Shown: positions 18,920-29,895 of the stretch, piece by piece
Numbering within the stretch: position 1 is the stretch's first letter
Layout of the letters: every line of letters begins with the position of its first letter
From: a virus
Taxonomy: Duplodnaviria; Caudoviricetes
Length of the DNA stretch: 64,000 nucleotides
Virus record (IMG/VR): IMGVR_UViG_3300033075_001536
Location: 1 to 64,000 of that record
Direction: 5' to 3' (one strand)
Position numbers and translations under genes: made by a program
Notes under the pieces: model-generated
Told to the model about the DNA's origin: nothing
Seen by the model: only the letters and a program-made list of their open reading frames with translations
The model's database searches: none

Positions 18920-20630
18920 CTTGTTTTATTTTATCTCTTACTACTATATATAAAGTTGGATTTTTCGATAAGCTTCCTTCACTAAAATTAAATGACATGA
19001 TTAAATCATCATCCTTTAATCTATCTCTAGCCACCGATAATTCTTCAAAAACTTCAGATATTAAATTATCATAGACATGTCCCATTCTATGTGCACTGGT
19101 ATCTTTTTTAGCTTTTAACGGTATACTTAGTAAATAGTATCCACCAATACTTCCTTGATTTGAACTTGGTCTAACTTCTCCAGTCTTTACCTGTTTTATT
19201 TCACCTGGACAAAGGGATAAAACATCTGCAAATATATCTTTGATATATTGTTCATCAAATTTTTCAAAAAATGACTTTCGGTGCTTTTCTTTTTGATCTT
19301 TTTCTTTTATTTCTTTTAGGTGGTTTTCATAAGATCCACAAACTTGATTAGAAATTGCCTGACAAATTTGATTTCTTGAAATTAAATATCCGCGTTCTGC
19401 CACATCATCAAAATCAAATATCCAATCTATTTCTTTTGGGATATACTTCATAATATAAATATTATACATCTCCTCACCATTTTCTATTGGTGTTTTCCTG
19501 GACTGTCTAATAAAAACATAGAAATACTTACTCTTTTTTGACATTCCAAAATCATCATAAGGATCTTTAATTTCTTCTGGAAGTGTTGCTTTAAAACTAA
19601 TCATATTTTTTATAGCTGCTTGATCAGTGTATTTAAATAAAAATTTACCAGTTGGCTTTAAATCTAACTTTTCAATGGTAATATTATTCTTTTTAAATCT
19701 TTCTGAATTATTTAAATCCAAAATCTCTTTAGATATTTCTGGATCTACCGGATTCTTTTTAAATACATCTTTTATACCTTCATTGGTTGTCTCTGGTAAA
19801 ATTTCTGTTAGTCGAATTAGTATAACTCTATTAACACTTACTTCCATGTTTAAACCTTCTTCCTCCAATCTATCCTTAGTTGCTGCCAATTCGTCAAATA
19901 TATCACCTATTTTTGAATTCATTTTCATATAGGATGGACCATCTGAACTAGAAATATACTCTTTCTTATCTGGATATAGAGTAATGTATATCGGATCACT
20001 TGGAAGTATTCTACCTATTTCATACTCACCACACAAATCAAATACATTGGAAAATTCATCTAAGATAAATTGTTTAGTAAATTTATTTTCAAATTTTTTA
20101 GCTCTTTCTTCCTTTTCTTCCTTTTCTTTTTTCTTTTTACCTGCTTCTATATTTTGTCTCTCTAGTTCTTCATCATATAAAGGTAATATGGTTTTAAATT
20201 TTTCTATGATGTCATCAATTGTTTTAACTTCTATAAAGTTTGAATTGTAATTCATTCTTGTTCTAAGACTACCCACATGAAAATTCACCCAATCATTTGT
20301 AAATAACTGAACTTTATAGGTCTTATCATCATTTTTTAAAACTCCTATAAATATAGGCATGTCAGTTCTTCTAGTTTTGATATTAGAATATTTTACTTCA
20401 AATAGACAAAATACTCGTTTTGTTCCAAGATCTTTTAAATAATCATTTATACGAATTGGTATTTTAAAATTATTATATGGTTCGGAGTATTCGGTATCAA
20501 TTTTGATCATCCATATACCTCTATTCTTAAATTCTATATCATCATTTAATGCAAGAATTCTCCTAGATACTTCCGGATCAATTTTAGATTTTAAAAAATC
20601 ACTATATTTTTCAACTATTCTTTTTTGCAT
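18870..20630 (-). CDS. Tandem-duplicated two-module protein (likely start MQKRIVEKYSDF)
   Basis: IDPEVSRRILALN / VDPEISKEILDLN and FDELAATKDRL / FEELSVARDRL repeats. Confidence 0.7.
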   Translation of the reverse strand: MQKRIVEKYSDFLKSKIDPEVSRRILALNDDIEFKNRGIWMIKIDTEYSEPYNNFKIPIRINDYLKDLGTKRVFCLFEVKYSNIKTRRTDMPIFIGVLKNDDKTYKVQLFTNDWVNFHVGSLRTRMNYNSNFIEVKTIDDIIEKFKTILPLYDEELERQNIEAGKKKKEKEEKEERAKKFENKFTKQFILDEFSNVFDLCGEYEIGRILPSDPIYITLYPDKKEYISSSDGPSYMKMNSKIGDIFDELAATKDRLEEEGLNMEVSVNRVILIRLTEILPETTNEGIKDVFKKNPVDPEISKEILDLNNSERFKKNNITIEKLDLKPTGKFLFKYTDQAAIKNMISFKATLPEEIKDPYDDFGMSKKSKYFYVFIRQSRKTPIENGEEMYNIYIMKYIPKEIDWIFDFDDVAERGYLISRNQICQAISNQVCGSYENHLKEIKEKDQKEKHRKSFFEKFDEQYIKDIFADVLSLCPGEIKQVKTGEVRPSSNQGSIGGYYLLSIPLKAKKDTSAHRMGHVYDNLISEVFEELSVARDRLKDDDLIMSFNFSEGSLSKNPTLYIVVRDKIKQDEEDYIPEPAPDDYFP

Positions 20631-21033
20631 TGACCAAATCAACAATTTTTTTATAATAAATACCAACAGACATTCCTTCTAAATTATTTTGAATAAAAAC
20701 ATAATATCCTAATTCATCTAATCGATTTCTAACTTCAATTAGTTCATCAAATATTTTAATATATTCATCTGTTAATTTTTGTGTGTTTCCATTATATCCA
20801 CCATTTTTAAATTTTAAAATAAGTCCATATCCTTGTCTATCTTTACTAGCATGATATACCCTCATAATAGTATAATTATCCACTGATCTCTTCACAAAAT
20901 TCTTCTCATCACACAAATCCATAACACCATTACATATTCCACGAATTTCTTCTTCGTCTTTAACAACTTGACTAGTCCAAGATTTAAATTCATCCACACT
21001 AACATCTTCAAAAATTGGTTTTAAGTGTTTCAT
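20611..21033 (-). CDS. Single-domain relative of the modules in 18870..20630
   Basis: MKHLKPIFE; IFDELIEVRNRLDELG; AATATATA 21039-21046. Confidence 0.7.
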   Translation of the reverse strand: MKHLKPIFEDVSVDEFKSWTSQVVKDEEEIRGICNGVMDLCDEKNFVKRSVDNYTIMRVYHASKDRQGYGLILKFKNGGYNGNTQKLTDEYIKIFDELIEVRNRLDELGYYVFIQNNLEGMSVGIYYKKIVDLVNAKKNS

Positions 21034-21078
21034 TTTAGTATATATTAAATAGTGATCTTAAAAATCAATATATAGAAT

Positions 21079-21891
21079 ATGTCAAATACACACTATAATC
21101 CAAATGCATCGGAAGTTCCATTTCAACCAAACCAATATGGATATACCATTGAAGAGCTAATTGATTTTGTTCAAAATGATTTAACAGTTGGTTGTGCTCT
21201 TCCAAGACAACTTCAGGACACAGAAATAAGAAGAATTATTGAGACTAGGGCACTTCCTTGGTTTTATAGAAATTACCAATACTCAGTTCAAAAAATGTAT
21301 TTTTTAATTTATAAAGAGGCGTTCTATACTGAAGAATATACAAAGTATAAATATGTGAATATGCCTTGTGAAATACAATCGGTTATTTATTTGTATGAGA
21401 TGAGGGGAATTTCATTGTTTCAGCTTGGTATAAACACACCAAATATGTCAGTTAATCTTGGAGTTACTAACCAACCATACCTATCTTCTTATGTCACCAC
21501 CATTGGTGAATTGGGTGTATATAAGACACTTTTGGATAATATGAGTGATATGATGAATCAACTTAGTAAATTTACTTTAAAACATCATTATAATCAACTA
21601 GCTCACAGACTTCATATACTTACCGATGTTCAATATGATGTGGTGGTAGAAGCTTATGCAAATATACCAAGAGAATATCTTTTTACAGATGATTTGTTTA
21701 TTAAATATGTTACTGGTTTGGCAAAGGTTCAGTATGGTAATATGCTTGGAAGATATGACTTCAATTTACCTGGAGGAACAAAGATTAACTCAGCTGACTT
21801 AATCAGTCAGGGAAAAGAAGAAACTAAAGAAGTGGAAGAAGTGATTAAAGGAATGTCGGACTCAAGTTTCTTTTTTATGGTTAAAAAATAG
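21079..21891 (+). CDS. T4 gp13-like neck protein
   Basis: C-terminal KVQYGNMLGRYDFNLPGGTKINSADLISQGKEE resembles gp13 (LPGG.T.N); AATATATA 21067-21074. Confidence 0.75.
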   Translation: MSNTHYNPNASEVPFQPNQYGYTIEELIDFVQNDLTVGCALPRQLQDTEIRRIIETRALPWFYRNYQYSVQKMYFLIYKEAFYTEEYTKYKYVNMPCEIQSVIYLYEMRGISLFQLGINTPNMSVNLGVTNQPYLSSYVTTIGELGVYKTLLDNMSDMMNQLSKFTLKHHYNQLAHRLHILTDVQYDVVVEAYANIPREYLFTDDLFIKYVTGLAKVQYGNMLGRYDFNLPGGTKINSADLISQGKEETKEVEEVIKGMSDSSFFFMVKK

Positions 21892-21931
21892 GGAATGGTT
21901 ACCATTTAATATATACATTAAAAAAGTATGT

Positions 21932-22801
21932 ATGGAAAAGACTTATATTTATAGCTTATCTGATCCAGTAACAATGGAAACTAGATATATTGGAAAAACA
22001 TCCTATATAAAACAGAGGCTCTATGCTCACATAAAGGAATGTAAATCAAATGGTAAATCACACAAAATATCATGGATAAAGTCCCTCTTAAACAAAGACC
22101 TAAGGCCAATTATAGAAATTATTGATGAAGTTCCAATTTCTGAGTGGGAATATTGGGAATGTTATTGGATAGAACAATTTAAGTCATGGGGATTTAATTT
22201 GGTAAATTTAACAAAAGGTGGCGGGGGCGGAAACGGATATCGACACACCAATGACTCCAAAGAGGTAATGAAACACAAAAAAATTGGAATTCCATTATCC
22301 GAACCCCATAAGGATAAAATATCCGAAGGAGTTAAAGAAAAAATAAAACTTGATCCTAATTATAATAAATGTTATGATAAGACACATTTAATAGATAAAG
22401 ACCTTTTATATCAAAAATATATTACTGAGAATTTATCAATGCCAAAAACAGCTAAATTTTTTAATGTTTCAGAAAAAACAATATTCACAAATTTAAAAAA
22501 TTATAATATTATAAAAGATAAATCGGTTTGGAAACAGCAATGTTCTTCCCACCCAAAAAAAGTTATATTACAATATGACCTATATGGCAATTTAATTAAA
22601 GAACATCTTGGATTAGATAGTATAGAATTTGGTCCAAGTGGTATATCAAAATGTTGCCGAGGAGAAATGAAATCATCACATGGATTTATTTGGAGATATA
22701 GAGATAGTTGGTTTGATCTTGGAATAGATAAATTAAATCATAAATATATGAATAATAAAAATAGAACTAAATATATAGACCATGAACCTACTTCTATTTG
22801 A
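21932..22801 (+). mobile_element. Free-standing GIY-YIG homing endonuclease with NUMOD3/NUMOD1-type DNA-binding modules
   Basis: YIYSL...RYIGKT, ECYWI, LVNLTKGG, HKDKIS, ILQYDLYGNLIKE, ISKCCRG...HGFIWRY. Confidence 0.85.
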
Positions 22802-23228
22802 ATCTTTTACTAGAAAAATGTTAGATGAAAAGGATAAACTATTTAAAGAGATTCAAGATAAATATAAAGAGTCTCTAAAAGAATTTCTACATGAGATTAC
22901 AGATAAATTTACACCCACAAAATTTGAAATTGGACCATCATCAATCTTTAATATATGGTTCAAGGTTGATATAAAAGATGCAGATGAATTTTTTGAAGTC
23001 TTCCATGAAGATATATTTGATAGGATAAAAAGTGAGTATCCTGGATCAGTAACAAAGTTCAAAATTGGACTTAAAAGAAAATTTATGGAAGCTTATCCCT
23101 GGACATATTTTAGACACATTGGTGAACTAGTTGATTGTAATGATGAAGATATTCAAATGGTTTGTGATTATATTAAGGAAGATGGTGTTGATCGCTCACA
23201 CTTCATTATCTGTTTATTTATTTCCTAA
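22782..23228 (+). CDS. Hypothetical protein, paralog of 38678..39166
   Basis: MNLLLFES; [10 protein letters not shown] versus FHEGIFDRIK. Confidence 0.7.
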   Translation: MNLLLFESFTRKMLDEKDKLFKEIQDKYKESLKEFLHEITDKFTPTKFEIGPSSIFNIWFKVDIKDADEFFEVFHEDIFDRIKSEYPGSVTKFKIGLKRKFMEAYPWTYFRHIGELVDCNDEDIQMVCDYIKEDGVDRSHFIICLFIS

Positions 23229-24264
23229 AACTCTTAGACTCTTTCAAGTCTTCAAAAATTTGTCTCTCTTCTTTAGTTAGGTTATTAGGTATCTGTACAT
23301 TTAATTTTATGTATAAATCACCCGTTCCATAATTCATATCTGGAACTCCTTTTCCACCCACACGAAGAATTTTACCATGGTTGGTTCCTGGTTCAATCTT
23401 ATAATTTATTCTACCAGTTGGTGCATCTAACTCAACATCAGTTCCTAGAATAGCATCCAAAACATTGATAGTCTTTTCGGTTACTAGATGGTTACCATCT
23501 CTTCTAAATACTGGGTCTGGAATTTCATCCACTACGATTAATAAATTTCCTGGATTTCCACCACGAATATAATTACCAGCACCTTCCATACTTAAAATAG
23601 TCCCATCATGAACACCTTGTGGAACATCAATATCAATGGTGTTTTCACTTACAAATATGCCTTCCCCATGACAAGACTTACATCTATTCATGATGTTTTT
23701 ACCAGTTCCGTTACAATTATGACACTGAGTAGCTTGTCTTATCTGTCCAAATGGTGTCTGTTGTGTCATAATTCTTTGACCAGTCCCCGCACAAGCGATA
23801 CAATCTCTTATATCCGTTCCGCCCTTTCCATCACAAGGTTTGCATTTATCGTGTCTTTTATATTTTAATTTTTTATTAACTCCGTTTAAAACATCTTGCA
23901 GATTAAGAGATATTCTTATTCTTACATCACTTCCCTTTGGAATAGAATTTCTTCTTGAACGAGACGATCCCATTCCACCAAATAGATCTCCGAAATGTGA
24001 AAATATATCTTCTGGATTAAATCCACTAGAATTAAACCCACCGAATTGTTGACCTGGGCCGGCCGATCCGTAATTATCATATTGCTGCTTTTTTTGAGGG
24101 TCTGAAAGTGTTTCATACGCCTCAGAAGCTTCTTTAAATTTAGCTTCATCACCACCTTTGTCTGGGTGATGTTTAAGTGCCATCTTTCGATATGCTTTTT
24201 TTATTTCTTCTGGAGTTGCTTCTTTCTTTACTCCTAAAACCTCATAATAATCTTTTTGTGTCAT
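23218..24264 (-). CDS. dnaJ: Chaperone DnaJ
   Basis: J-domain HPD, G/F region, four CxxCxGxG repeats. Confidence 0.97.
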   Translation of the reverse strand: MTQKDYYEVLGVKKEATPEEIKKAYRKMALKHHPDKGGDEAKFKEASEAYETLSDPQKKQQYDNYGSAGPGQQFGGFNSSGFNPEDIFSHFGDLFGGMGSSRSRRNSIPKGSDVRIRISLNLQDVLNGVNKKLKYKRHDKCKPCDGKGGTDIRDCIACAGTGQRIMTQQTPFGQIRQATQCHNCNGTGKNIMNRCKSCHGEGIFVSENTIDIDVPQGVHDGTILSMEGAGNYIRGGNPGNLLIVVDEIPDPVFRRDGNHLVTEKTINVLDAILGTDVELDAPTGRINYKIEPGTNHGKILRVGGKGVPDMNYGTGDLYIKLNVQIPNNLTKEERQIFEDLKESKSFRK

Positions 24265-24277
24265 AACTTATCTATAT

Positions 24278-24293
24278 ATCAAAAATTGTGCCA
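24278..24293 (-). promoter_or_regulatory. Sigma54-like -24/-12 promoter of dnaJ
   Basis: Minus strand TGGCACAATTTTTGAT. Confidence 0.6.
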
Positions 24294-24299
24294 TTTTGT

Positions 24300-24815
24300 T
24301 TAATAACGAAAAACTGTCTTACTTAATTCATATCTTAACATATCCGAAGGGTCAATTAAATCAGCTGGTTTTGTTTCTCCACGATGCCAGATGATTGGTT
24401 CTTGTGTCCCATTCTGATATAACTCAATGTGTAAAGTTGGTACTGAAACACCGTTCATTATTTGTTTAACTCCACCAATCAATTGTCCTTCTTTTATTGG
24501 TTTTCCGAATTTAATATTCTGATCAATTATAATTCCAGAATAATTAATAACACCAGAATTTCCTTCCAATAGAAGTGTATAAGTATTGTTGAACCATGAT
24601 GATCCAGCATTTTCACCAGTGGATATAAACATATCCACCACATCACTTTCCTCAATAGCAAAAATTTCCTGATTCTCTGCGCAATATAAATCTACTCCTG
24701 ATTGATGCTTTCCATCTTTTTGTGAAAACCCAAAACCAGCAGACGATTCAAATGAATATGGTAATCTATGTCTATATCTTTTTATTGGGAACATTATTTC
24801 CAAAATTGCCACCAA
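24300..24815 (-). CDS. M23-family peptidase-like protein, possibly degenerate
   Basis: HQSGVDL (HxxxD), GQLIG, TLHIEL (first His of HxH replaced), IDP. Confidence 0.65.
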   Translation of the reverse strand: MVAILEIMFPIKRYRHRLPYSFESSAGFGFSQKDGKHQSGVDLYCAENQEIFAIEESDVVDMFISTGENAGSSWFNNTYTLLLEGNSGVINYSGIIIDQNIKFGKPIKEGQLIGGVKQIMNGVSVPTLHIELYQNGTQEPIIWHRGETKPADLIDPSDMLRYELSKTVFRY

Positions 24816-25003
24816 GGCTTTAAAATTTTTTCCAATTTTTTATTTCTAATTGCCTTTGCACTATAAAGTTTTTCTATACAACTTTCACAAGTTTGTGGAT
24901 AATCATCACCAATAGTATCATTTATAGTATCCGCATCAAATGTGGTCAATCTACCACATTCCAAGCAACCACAAGTAATTGAGACATCATAGTAGTAACT
25001 CAT
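24794..25003 (-). CDS. Small Zn-ribbon protein with RNKKL tail
   Basis: CLEC...CESC; IRNKKLEKILKPWWQFWK. Confidence 0.65.
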   Translation of the reverse strand: MSYYYDVSITCGCLECGRLTTFDADTINDTIGDDYPQTCESCIEKLYSAKAIRNKKLEKILKPWWQFWK

Positions 25004-25254
25004 TTTAAAATTTCTTCCAATTTTTTATCACGAATGTAATCTTTGTGTTCATTCTTAATTTCAAGTTCTTGAAGTCCGAATGGTCCCATATAATTATACC
25101 TTGAATGACATCTGGTGCAGGTTATATTGACTGATCCACCACCTTCTGGACCTTCCCACCAATCAGTATCCTCACAATTCGGACACTTTAGACCATTGGA
25201 AGGTTCTTCTTTTTCTCTAAAGATTAAATTTTTTACTTTTTCAAATATACTCAT
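25000..25254 (-). CDS. Small Zn-ribbon protein with RDKKL tail
   Basis: CPNC...CTRC; IRDKKLEEILK. Confidence 0.7.
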   Translation of the reverse strand: MSIFEKVKNLIFREKEEPSNGLKCPNCEDTDWWEGPEGGGSVNITCTRCHSRYNYMGPFGLQELEIKNEHKDYIRDKKLEEILK

Positions 25255-25263
25255 TTTGCTAAC

Positions 25264-25704
25264 TTATTGACCTAAAATAACCTTTGGATATCGAATTGGT
25301 TTTCCGTTTAATTTGTACCCTTTACTAACCATCTGAACTTTATCCTTGCCAATTGGTGCAACGGATATTACCTCATGTAAATCAGAATCATATACATCTG
25401 TTTGTATAGATTCGATGTTTTGTGATTTTAGGAAATTATCTACCTTTGATATAATTAGTCTAACTCCTTTTTTAGATTCTTCATCTTTTAAAGCAGATTC
25501 TGCAATATGTAAATCCGAATCAATATCCAAAATAGAGGATATCATTTTAGATTTTATAGAGTGTTCCAATTCTTGTTTTTCACGAACCATTCTTTTTTTA
25601 TAATTATCAAACTCAGCATAGAGTCTCAAATATTTCTCATTCCACTCTTGTTCAACTTGCTCAATTGTTTTTTCAACAACAACTTCTTGTTTTGTTTCTT
25701 CCAT
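25264..25704 (-). CDS. grpE: Nucleotide exchange factor GrpE
   Basis: YLRLYAEFDNYKKR, LHEVI, KGYKLNGKPIRYPKV. Confidence 0.92.
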   Translation of the reverse strand: MEETKQEVVVEKTIEQVEQEWNEKYLRLYAEFDNYKKRMVREKQELEHSIKSKMISSILDIDSDLHIAESALKDEESKKGVRLIISKVDNFLKSQNIESIQTDVYDSDLHEVISVAPIGKDKVQMVSKGYKLNGKPIRYPKVILGQ

Positions 25705-25908
25705 TTATTTAATTTTAATTATTGTATAAGCCATTCTCCAACCAACCAATATACACATCAATACTCCCCAAATTGTATATCCCCAAATAAAATTAGAAAT
25801 TTGAACAATCAATAAAGGAAGTCCAACTAGCATAATCATTAGTAAAAATCTATATGGTTCTGGAACATTATTGTACCATTCATTGGATTTTATTATAAAT
25901 TCTTTCAT
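25705..25908 (-). CDS. Small two-TM membrane protein
   Basis: Two hydrophobic segments; abuts grpE. Confidence 0.65.
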   Translation of the reverse strand: MKEFIIKSNEWYNNVPEPYRFLLMIMLVGLPLLIVQISNFIWGYTIWGVLMCILVGWRMAYTIIKIK

Positions 25909-26120
25909 TTTAAAATTTGTTTTAATTTTCTATCCCTCATTGTATTTAAATCTTCGAAGTGCTTTTTAAATATATCAATTTCTATTGGTGTATCACCTCC
26001 TTTAACTGTTTCTAACCAATAACAATTGGTCTCTTTTTCAAAATTTCCTTCATATAGTTTGTTTTCTTCAAAAAAAACCACATCAGCTAGAGATAATTTG
26101 GACTTACAAAAATATATCAT
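25905..26120 (-). CDS. Small protein with RDRKL tail (likely start MIYFCKSK)
   Basis: Ends MRDRKLKQILK; TAACTTTG element at 26130-26137 (minus). Confidence 0.65.
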   Translation of the reverse strand: MIYFCKSKLSLADVVFFEENKLYEGNFEKETNCYWLETVKGGDTPIEIDIFKKHFEDLNTMRDRKLKQILK

Positions 26121-26141
26121 ACTTAAACACAAAGTTAATAA

Positions 26142-26627
26142 TTAATAATTGAAGCTCAAAATTTTCTTAACAGAATTTGAATTATAAAATTCATAAGTTC
26201 CCATTTGATCTTTAATTTCTATAATGTCCAGCTTTTCAATTTCTTGCTTCACTTCTTCTATATATTCAACCAAATCAATGAGTGCCTTTTTGTAGGAAGC
26301 ATCCGGAATCCAATAATCCGGAAATTTATCCGGAAACTTTTCAATGGCGGATTCTAATGTTTTCTTTCGAATTAAAAGAGAATCTTTTTCACGAATGGAC
26401 TTATTGGTTAAAAAATCAACCATATGTGTATTAAATCGATGAATTAGATTATCTGTCTCAATTACCTTTAGAAGTCCTATAACTAGTGCATCTCTCTCAG
26501 AAATTACAAATTCTTCATTCTTTTTTAGTATTTTTTCAGCTTCTTTGTCTGATCCGACAATATAATAGACAAAATTGTCCCATAGACATCTCTTGATTAA
26601 ATCTTCTCCTGTGATTTTAATTTCCAT
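26142..26627 (-). CDS. Hypothetical protein
   Basis: 161-aa ORF; AAAC-N17-TATAAT upstream (26652-26678, minus). Confidence 0.75.
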   Translation of the reverse strand: MEIKITGEDLIKRCLWDNFVYYIVGSDKEAEKILKKNEEFVISERDALVIGLLKVIETDNLIHRFNTHMVDFLTNKSIREKDSLLIRKKTLESAIEKFPDKFPDYWIPDASYKKALIDLVEYIEEVKQEIEKLDIIEIKDQMGTYEFYNSNSVKKILSFNY

Positions 26628-26695
26628 AAATATATTACTCCTTATTTTAATATTATATCTTTTATTTCAAATTTGTTTTTTTAATATATAATTAT

Positions 26696-27898
26696 GTGAA
26701 AAGTCCAATTATAAAACTTAATGATATTGTAGAAGACTCTTTAAAAAAGTATAAAAATGGTAAAGAATTTTTCTATCATATAGATTCAGAAATTAGAAAA
26801 TCTGAAAATGAGGACATTGTTTTAAATCTGTTTCAAAGAATTTATAATAAGTATGGATATTCTTATAATCTTGTTATATCTGGATCTTTTTCAGAATACA
26901 TTTTGTATTTACTAAAAAAGAATAAAATAACTTGCAACGGAACTATACTACAGCTTTCAGGGTCTATTACTTCTCATCATGGAGAAATTGGTAAAATCAC
27001 ACCAGATAAAGAAATTGTTGTTCAATATAAAAATGAGGAATATTCCAATCGTGATTTTATTTTTGTGGATGATTCCTATTTTTCGGGAACAACAGAATTT
27101 AAGATAAATGAATTTTTGGGAAAGGTAAATTCTAAAATAATTAAGACATATATTGTTTATGATGGAGGATTGAAAAATAAAGATAAAGTATCTTTATACA
27201 GATATTTTGATCATCATAAAGGATCTTTGGACACGGTTAAAATTTTATTAGACTATCTGCATAAGAAAAAAGATATTCCTTACAGAGAACTTGAAAACAG
27301 AATAGTTAAAGGTGAGATCAGAACAATTTTTGATCTTAAAAACAAAATTAATGATTTCTATGCTAAAATTGGTAAAGAAAAAATGAATGTTTTTAGTAGA
27401 AATGAGAGTAGGATTATGGAAAATAATGAAACTGATTATATGTTACAAGTTTTTTCGGAAATGATGGACGACTGGAATTTTGAAATTATACAAAAGTTAT
27501 TTTTTAAAAAGGGTGAGTTAATAAAGGGAGGCAGTGAAGAGGAGCTTAAATTTGGACAAAATTTAAGAAAGGCAAATTTCTGTGATCAAGGAAAAAAGCG
27601 ACCATTCACAGAAGATGAGTTTGATTTGATCCCTAAAGAAAATACCTACTTATTTAGATTTATGTGGTACAAACACAAATTGAATAGAACTCCAACTGAT
27701 GACGAGGTTTATGAAATAAATGAGTATTTGGAAGGTAGAAAAGAATACTTGGAAATAGATGGATACAAATTAAATTATAGAGTAACAACAACTGGTGGTG
27801 GATGTATGGTAACAATAGTTATTCAGAAAAGTAAAATAAATGAATTAAAGTCCTATAAAATGTTTATAGAATCAAAAGAAGAATTGGATTTTTTATAA
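26696..27898 (+). CDS. Phosphoribosyltransferase-fold domain fused to an unknown C-terminal domain
   Basis: FIFVDDSYFSGTT PRPP-binding loop. Confidence 0.65.
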   Translation: MKSPIIKLNDIVEDSLKKYKNGKEFFYHIDSEIRKSENEDIVLNLFQRIYNKYGYSYNLVISGSFSEYILYLLKKNKITCNGTILQLSGSITSHHGEIGKITPDKEIVVQYKNEEYSNRDFIFVDDSYFSGTTEFKINEFLGKVNSKIIKTYIVYDGGLKNKDKVSLYRYFDHHKGSLDTVKILLDYLHKKKDIPYRELENRIVKGEIRTIFDLKNKINDFYAKIGKEKMNVFSRNESRIMENNETDYMLQVFSEMMDDWNFEIIQKLFFKKGELIKGGSEEELKFGQNLRKANFCDQGKKRPFTEDEFDLIPKENTYLFRFMWYKHKLNRTPTDDEVYEINEYLEGRKEYLEIDGYKLNYRVTTTGGGCMVTIVIQKSKINELKSYKMFIESKEELDFL

Positions 27899-27969
27899 AC
27901 ATTCTGTACATATTTTTAAATTTTAATGAAAAAACAACAAAACAACTTTCGATCATAAATATATATTTT

Positions 27970-27977
27970 TATCTTTG
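27970..27977 (+). promoter_or_regulatory. Bacteroidota -7 promoter element
   Basis: TATCTTTG(CA), 40 nt before ORF 28017. Confidence 0.6.
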
Positions 27978-28016
27978 CAAGTATATTGTAAACTAAAAAA
28001 TAACTAACTAAAGAAA

Positions 28017-28256
28017 TTGGAATATCCCACTCAACTCGAACTCACCACACCTAGTGGAACAGCAAAATTAGAAAAGATCTATTTCACCGAACTTGGTCAT
28101 ATCATGGCTAAGGTATATTATCCAAAACGAAAAGAATGGATAAGATATAACATCGGAAATTTATCAGAAATGACCAACTCAAATCTTGATTTTTCTAATC
28201 TAAACTTCACTAACTATAAAGAAAGGATTTTTAAAAAGGTCTTGGATAAGTGCTGA
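28017..28256 (+). CDS. Hypothetical protein
   Basis: 79-aa ORF with TTG start after an A-rich leader. Confidence 0.6.
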   Translation: MEYPTQLELTTPSGTAKLEKIYFTELGHIMAKVYYPKRKEWIRYNIGNLSEMTNSNLDFSNLNFTNYKERIFKKVLDKC

Positions 28257-28295
28257 GTTATCCGTCATTTTGACGGTTAATATATACACTTAATC

Positions 28296-29891
28296 ATGAA
28301 ACACCTAAAATACTTTAAAGAACATGTTGAATTTGGAGAAACATTACAATCTATGTTTCGTCAGATTGATCATCCTTTAACACAAGCTATTCTTGCTAAA
28401 TATAGAGATCAATTTAGAACCGACTCAACACACAAGTCTGAGTACTCATGGATTGAAGCTTATCCAAATAGCGATGGTTTAATTTCCTTTAAAAGAAATG
28501 GGGAGGATAGAGAATATTCTACTAGAGTTGGTAGAATGGTTCGTTCACTTTTAAATGAATTTCAAATTCCTTATACCGACAAAGATTTGGAAGATATTAA
28601 TAATATCTATCGTTCTTTTCTTGGAGAAAAAACCATTGAAATTTGGGAAGGTGAAAAAGTGGTTGATGCTTATCAATCTAAGAATCATACCAAAGAATTT
28701 AAACACCTTTGCTCACTTGGATCTTCTTGTATGAATGGTGCCTCAAAAGAAGAATTAAAATTCTATACCGATCAGCCAAATATCAAAGTAGCTGTAATGC
28801 TAGATGAATCTGGTAAAATTTATGGAAGATGTGTTCTTTGGAACGCGGATATTGGGGGTGTTCCTGGAAAAACTTTACTGGCAGATAGAAATTATGTAGC
28901 TTCTGAAATTTTAGTTTTCCAGTTTATTCGTTGGTTCAATGAAAATGGTATTGCCTACATAAAGGATGTTTATGATCCAACTCAGAGAAACTATGATGAT
29001 CAGTACCGTCAGGATATTATTTTAAATGGGCAAAGATTTAATCATGCTCATGTTGAAATTGATGGAATAAAAAACTATACTGATTTTCCTTATTTGGATC
29101 ATTTCAGATTTTCTGATGGAAAAGATATTTTTAACTATTTTGAATCTGGTGTAGATAAACCAATTTGTTTTCATCTAGGAAGAGATGGTTTATATAATAA
29201 TTATTTTTTAATTAAAAAATCTCCAAAAACCGGAGAGACCATTAAATATGTTGGAAATACTTTTGATAGAAACCGATTAGGTGATATTGTCTATTCTAGT
29301 TTCTATAATGAGTGGTATTTAAAGGAAGATACCTTTGAAGTTGAATATAAGGTAGGTGGTAAATCATTTAGATATACCTGCCATAAAGATTTTATTCGAG
29401 AAGATGGAAAATATATTGATCGGTATGGAAAAGAACTTACCAGATTTGTAGATATTAATGTAAGTCCGGTTCCAGATTTTACAGATGCTTTTGATCGTAA
29501 AGTTTGGCAGCACTTTTTTATTGAAGCTCTTAGAGAATCTATTGGACTATATACCTTTGATAGAGTTGAATTTAATAAATACGATAATTATTACAATGAT
29601 GGTCCTCTCTCACATTCAAAGGCTAAATTTGAATATAGAAAGAATGAAGTCTTATTCACCTTATATAAATATGTTTCTAAAAATAATTTTTGGAAAAGAG
29701 GCAAAGGTGGTGTTGAAAAAGAAGGATATTCAAAACCATATCAATGTAGATTAAAAATTTATCCAACTAGAGTTATTTTTGAAATGACCAATCGTGTTGG
29801 AAAAACAATGGAATGGAGATATAAAAATTGGGAAGATTTTAATAATCGATCATTTGCCGATATAAGATATTTTACAAATTTACCAAATTAA
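28296..29891 (+). CDS. SCM-family phage protein (paralog 3)
   Basis: MKHLKYFKE; RVGRMVR, LGSSCMN, GRCVLW, LADRNY, FPYLDH. Confidence 0.75.
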   Translation: MKHLKYFKEHVEFGETLQSMFRQIDHPLTQAILAKYRDQFRTDSTHKSEYSWIEAYPNSDGLISFKRNGEDREYSTRVGRMVRSLLNEFQIPYTDKDLEDINNIYRSFLGEKTIEIWEGEKVVDAYQSKNHTKEFKHLCSLGSSCMNGASKEELKFYTDQPNIKVAVMLDESGKIYGRCVLWNADIGGVPGKTLLADRNYVASEILVFQFIRWFNENGIAYIKDVYDPTQRNYDDQYRQDIILNGQRFNHAHVEIDGIKNYTDFPYLDHFRFSDGKDIFNYFESGVDKPICFHLGRDGLYNNYFLIKKSPKTGETIKYVGNTFDRNRLGDIVYSSFYNEWYLKEDTFEVEYKVGGKSFRYTCHKDFIREDGKYIDRYGKELTRFVDINVSPVPDFTDAFDRKVWQHFFIEALRESIGLYTFDRVEFNKYDNYYNDGPLSHSKAKFEYRKNEVLFTLYKYVSKNNFWKRGKGGVEKEGYSKPYQCRLKIYPTRVIFEMTNRVGKTMEWRYKNWEDFNNRSFADIRYFTNLPN

Positions 29892-29895
29892 AATT

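Noticed and set aside
28262-28276. Inverted repeat CCGTCA-TTT-TGACGG
   Set aside because: Single short instance without a T tract; possibly a weak terminator but not supportable
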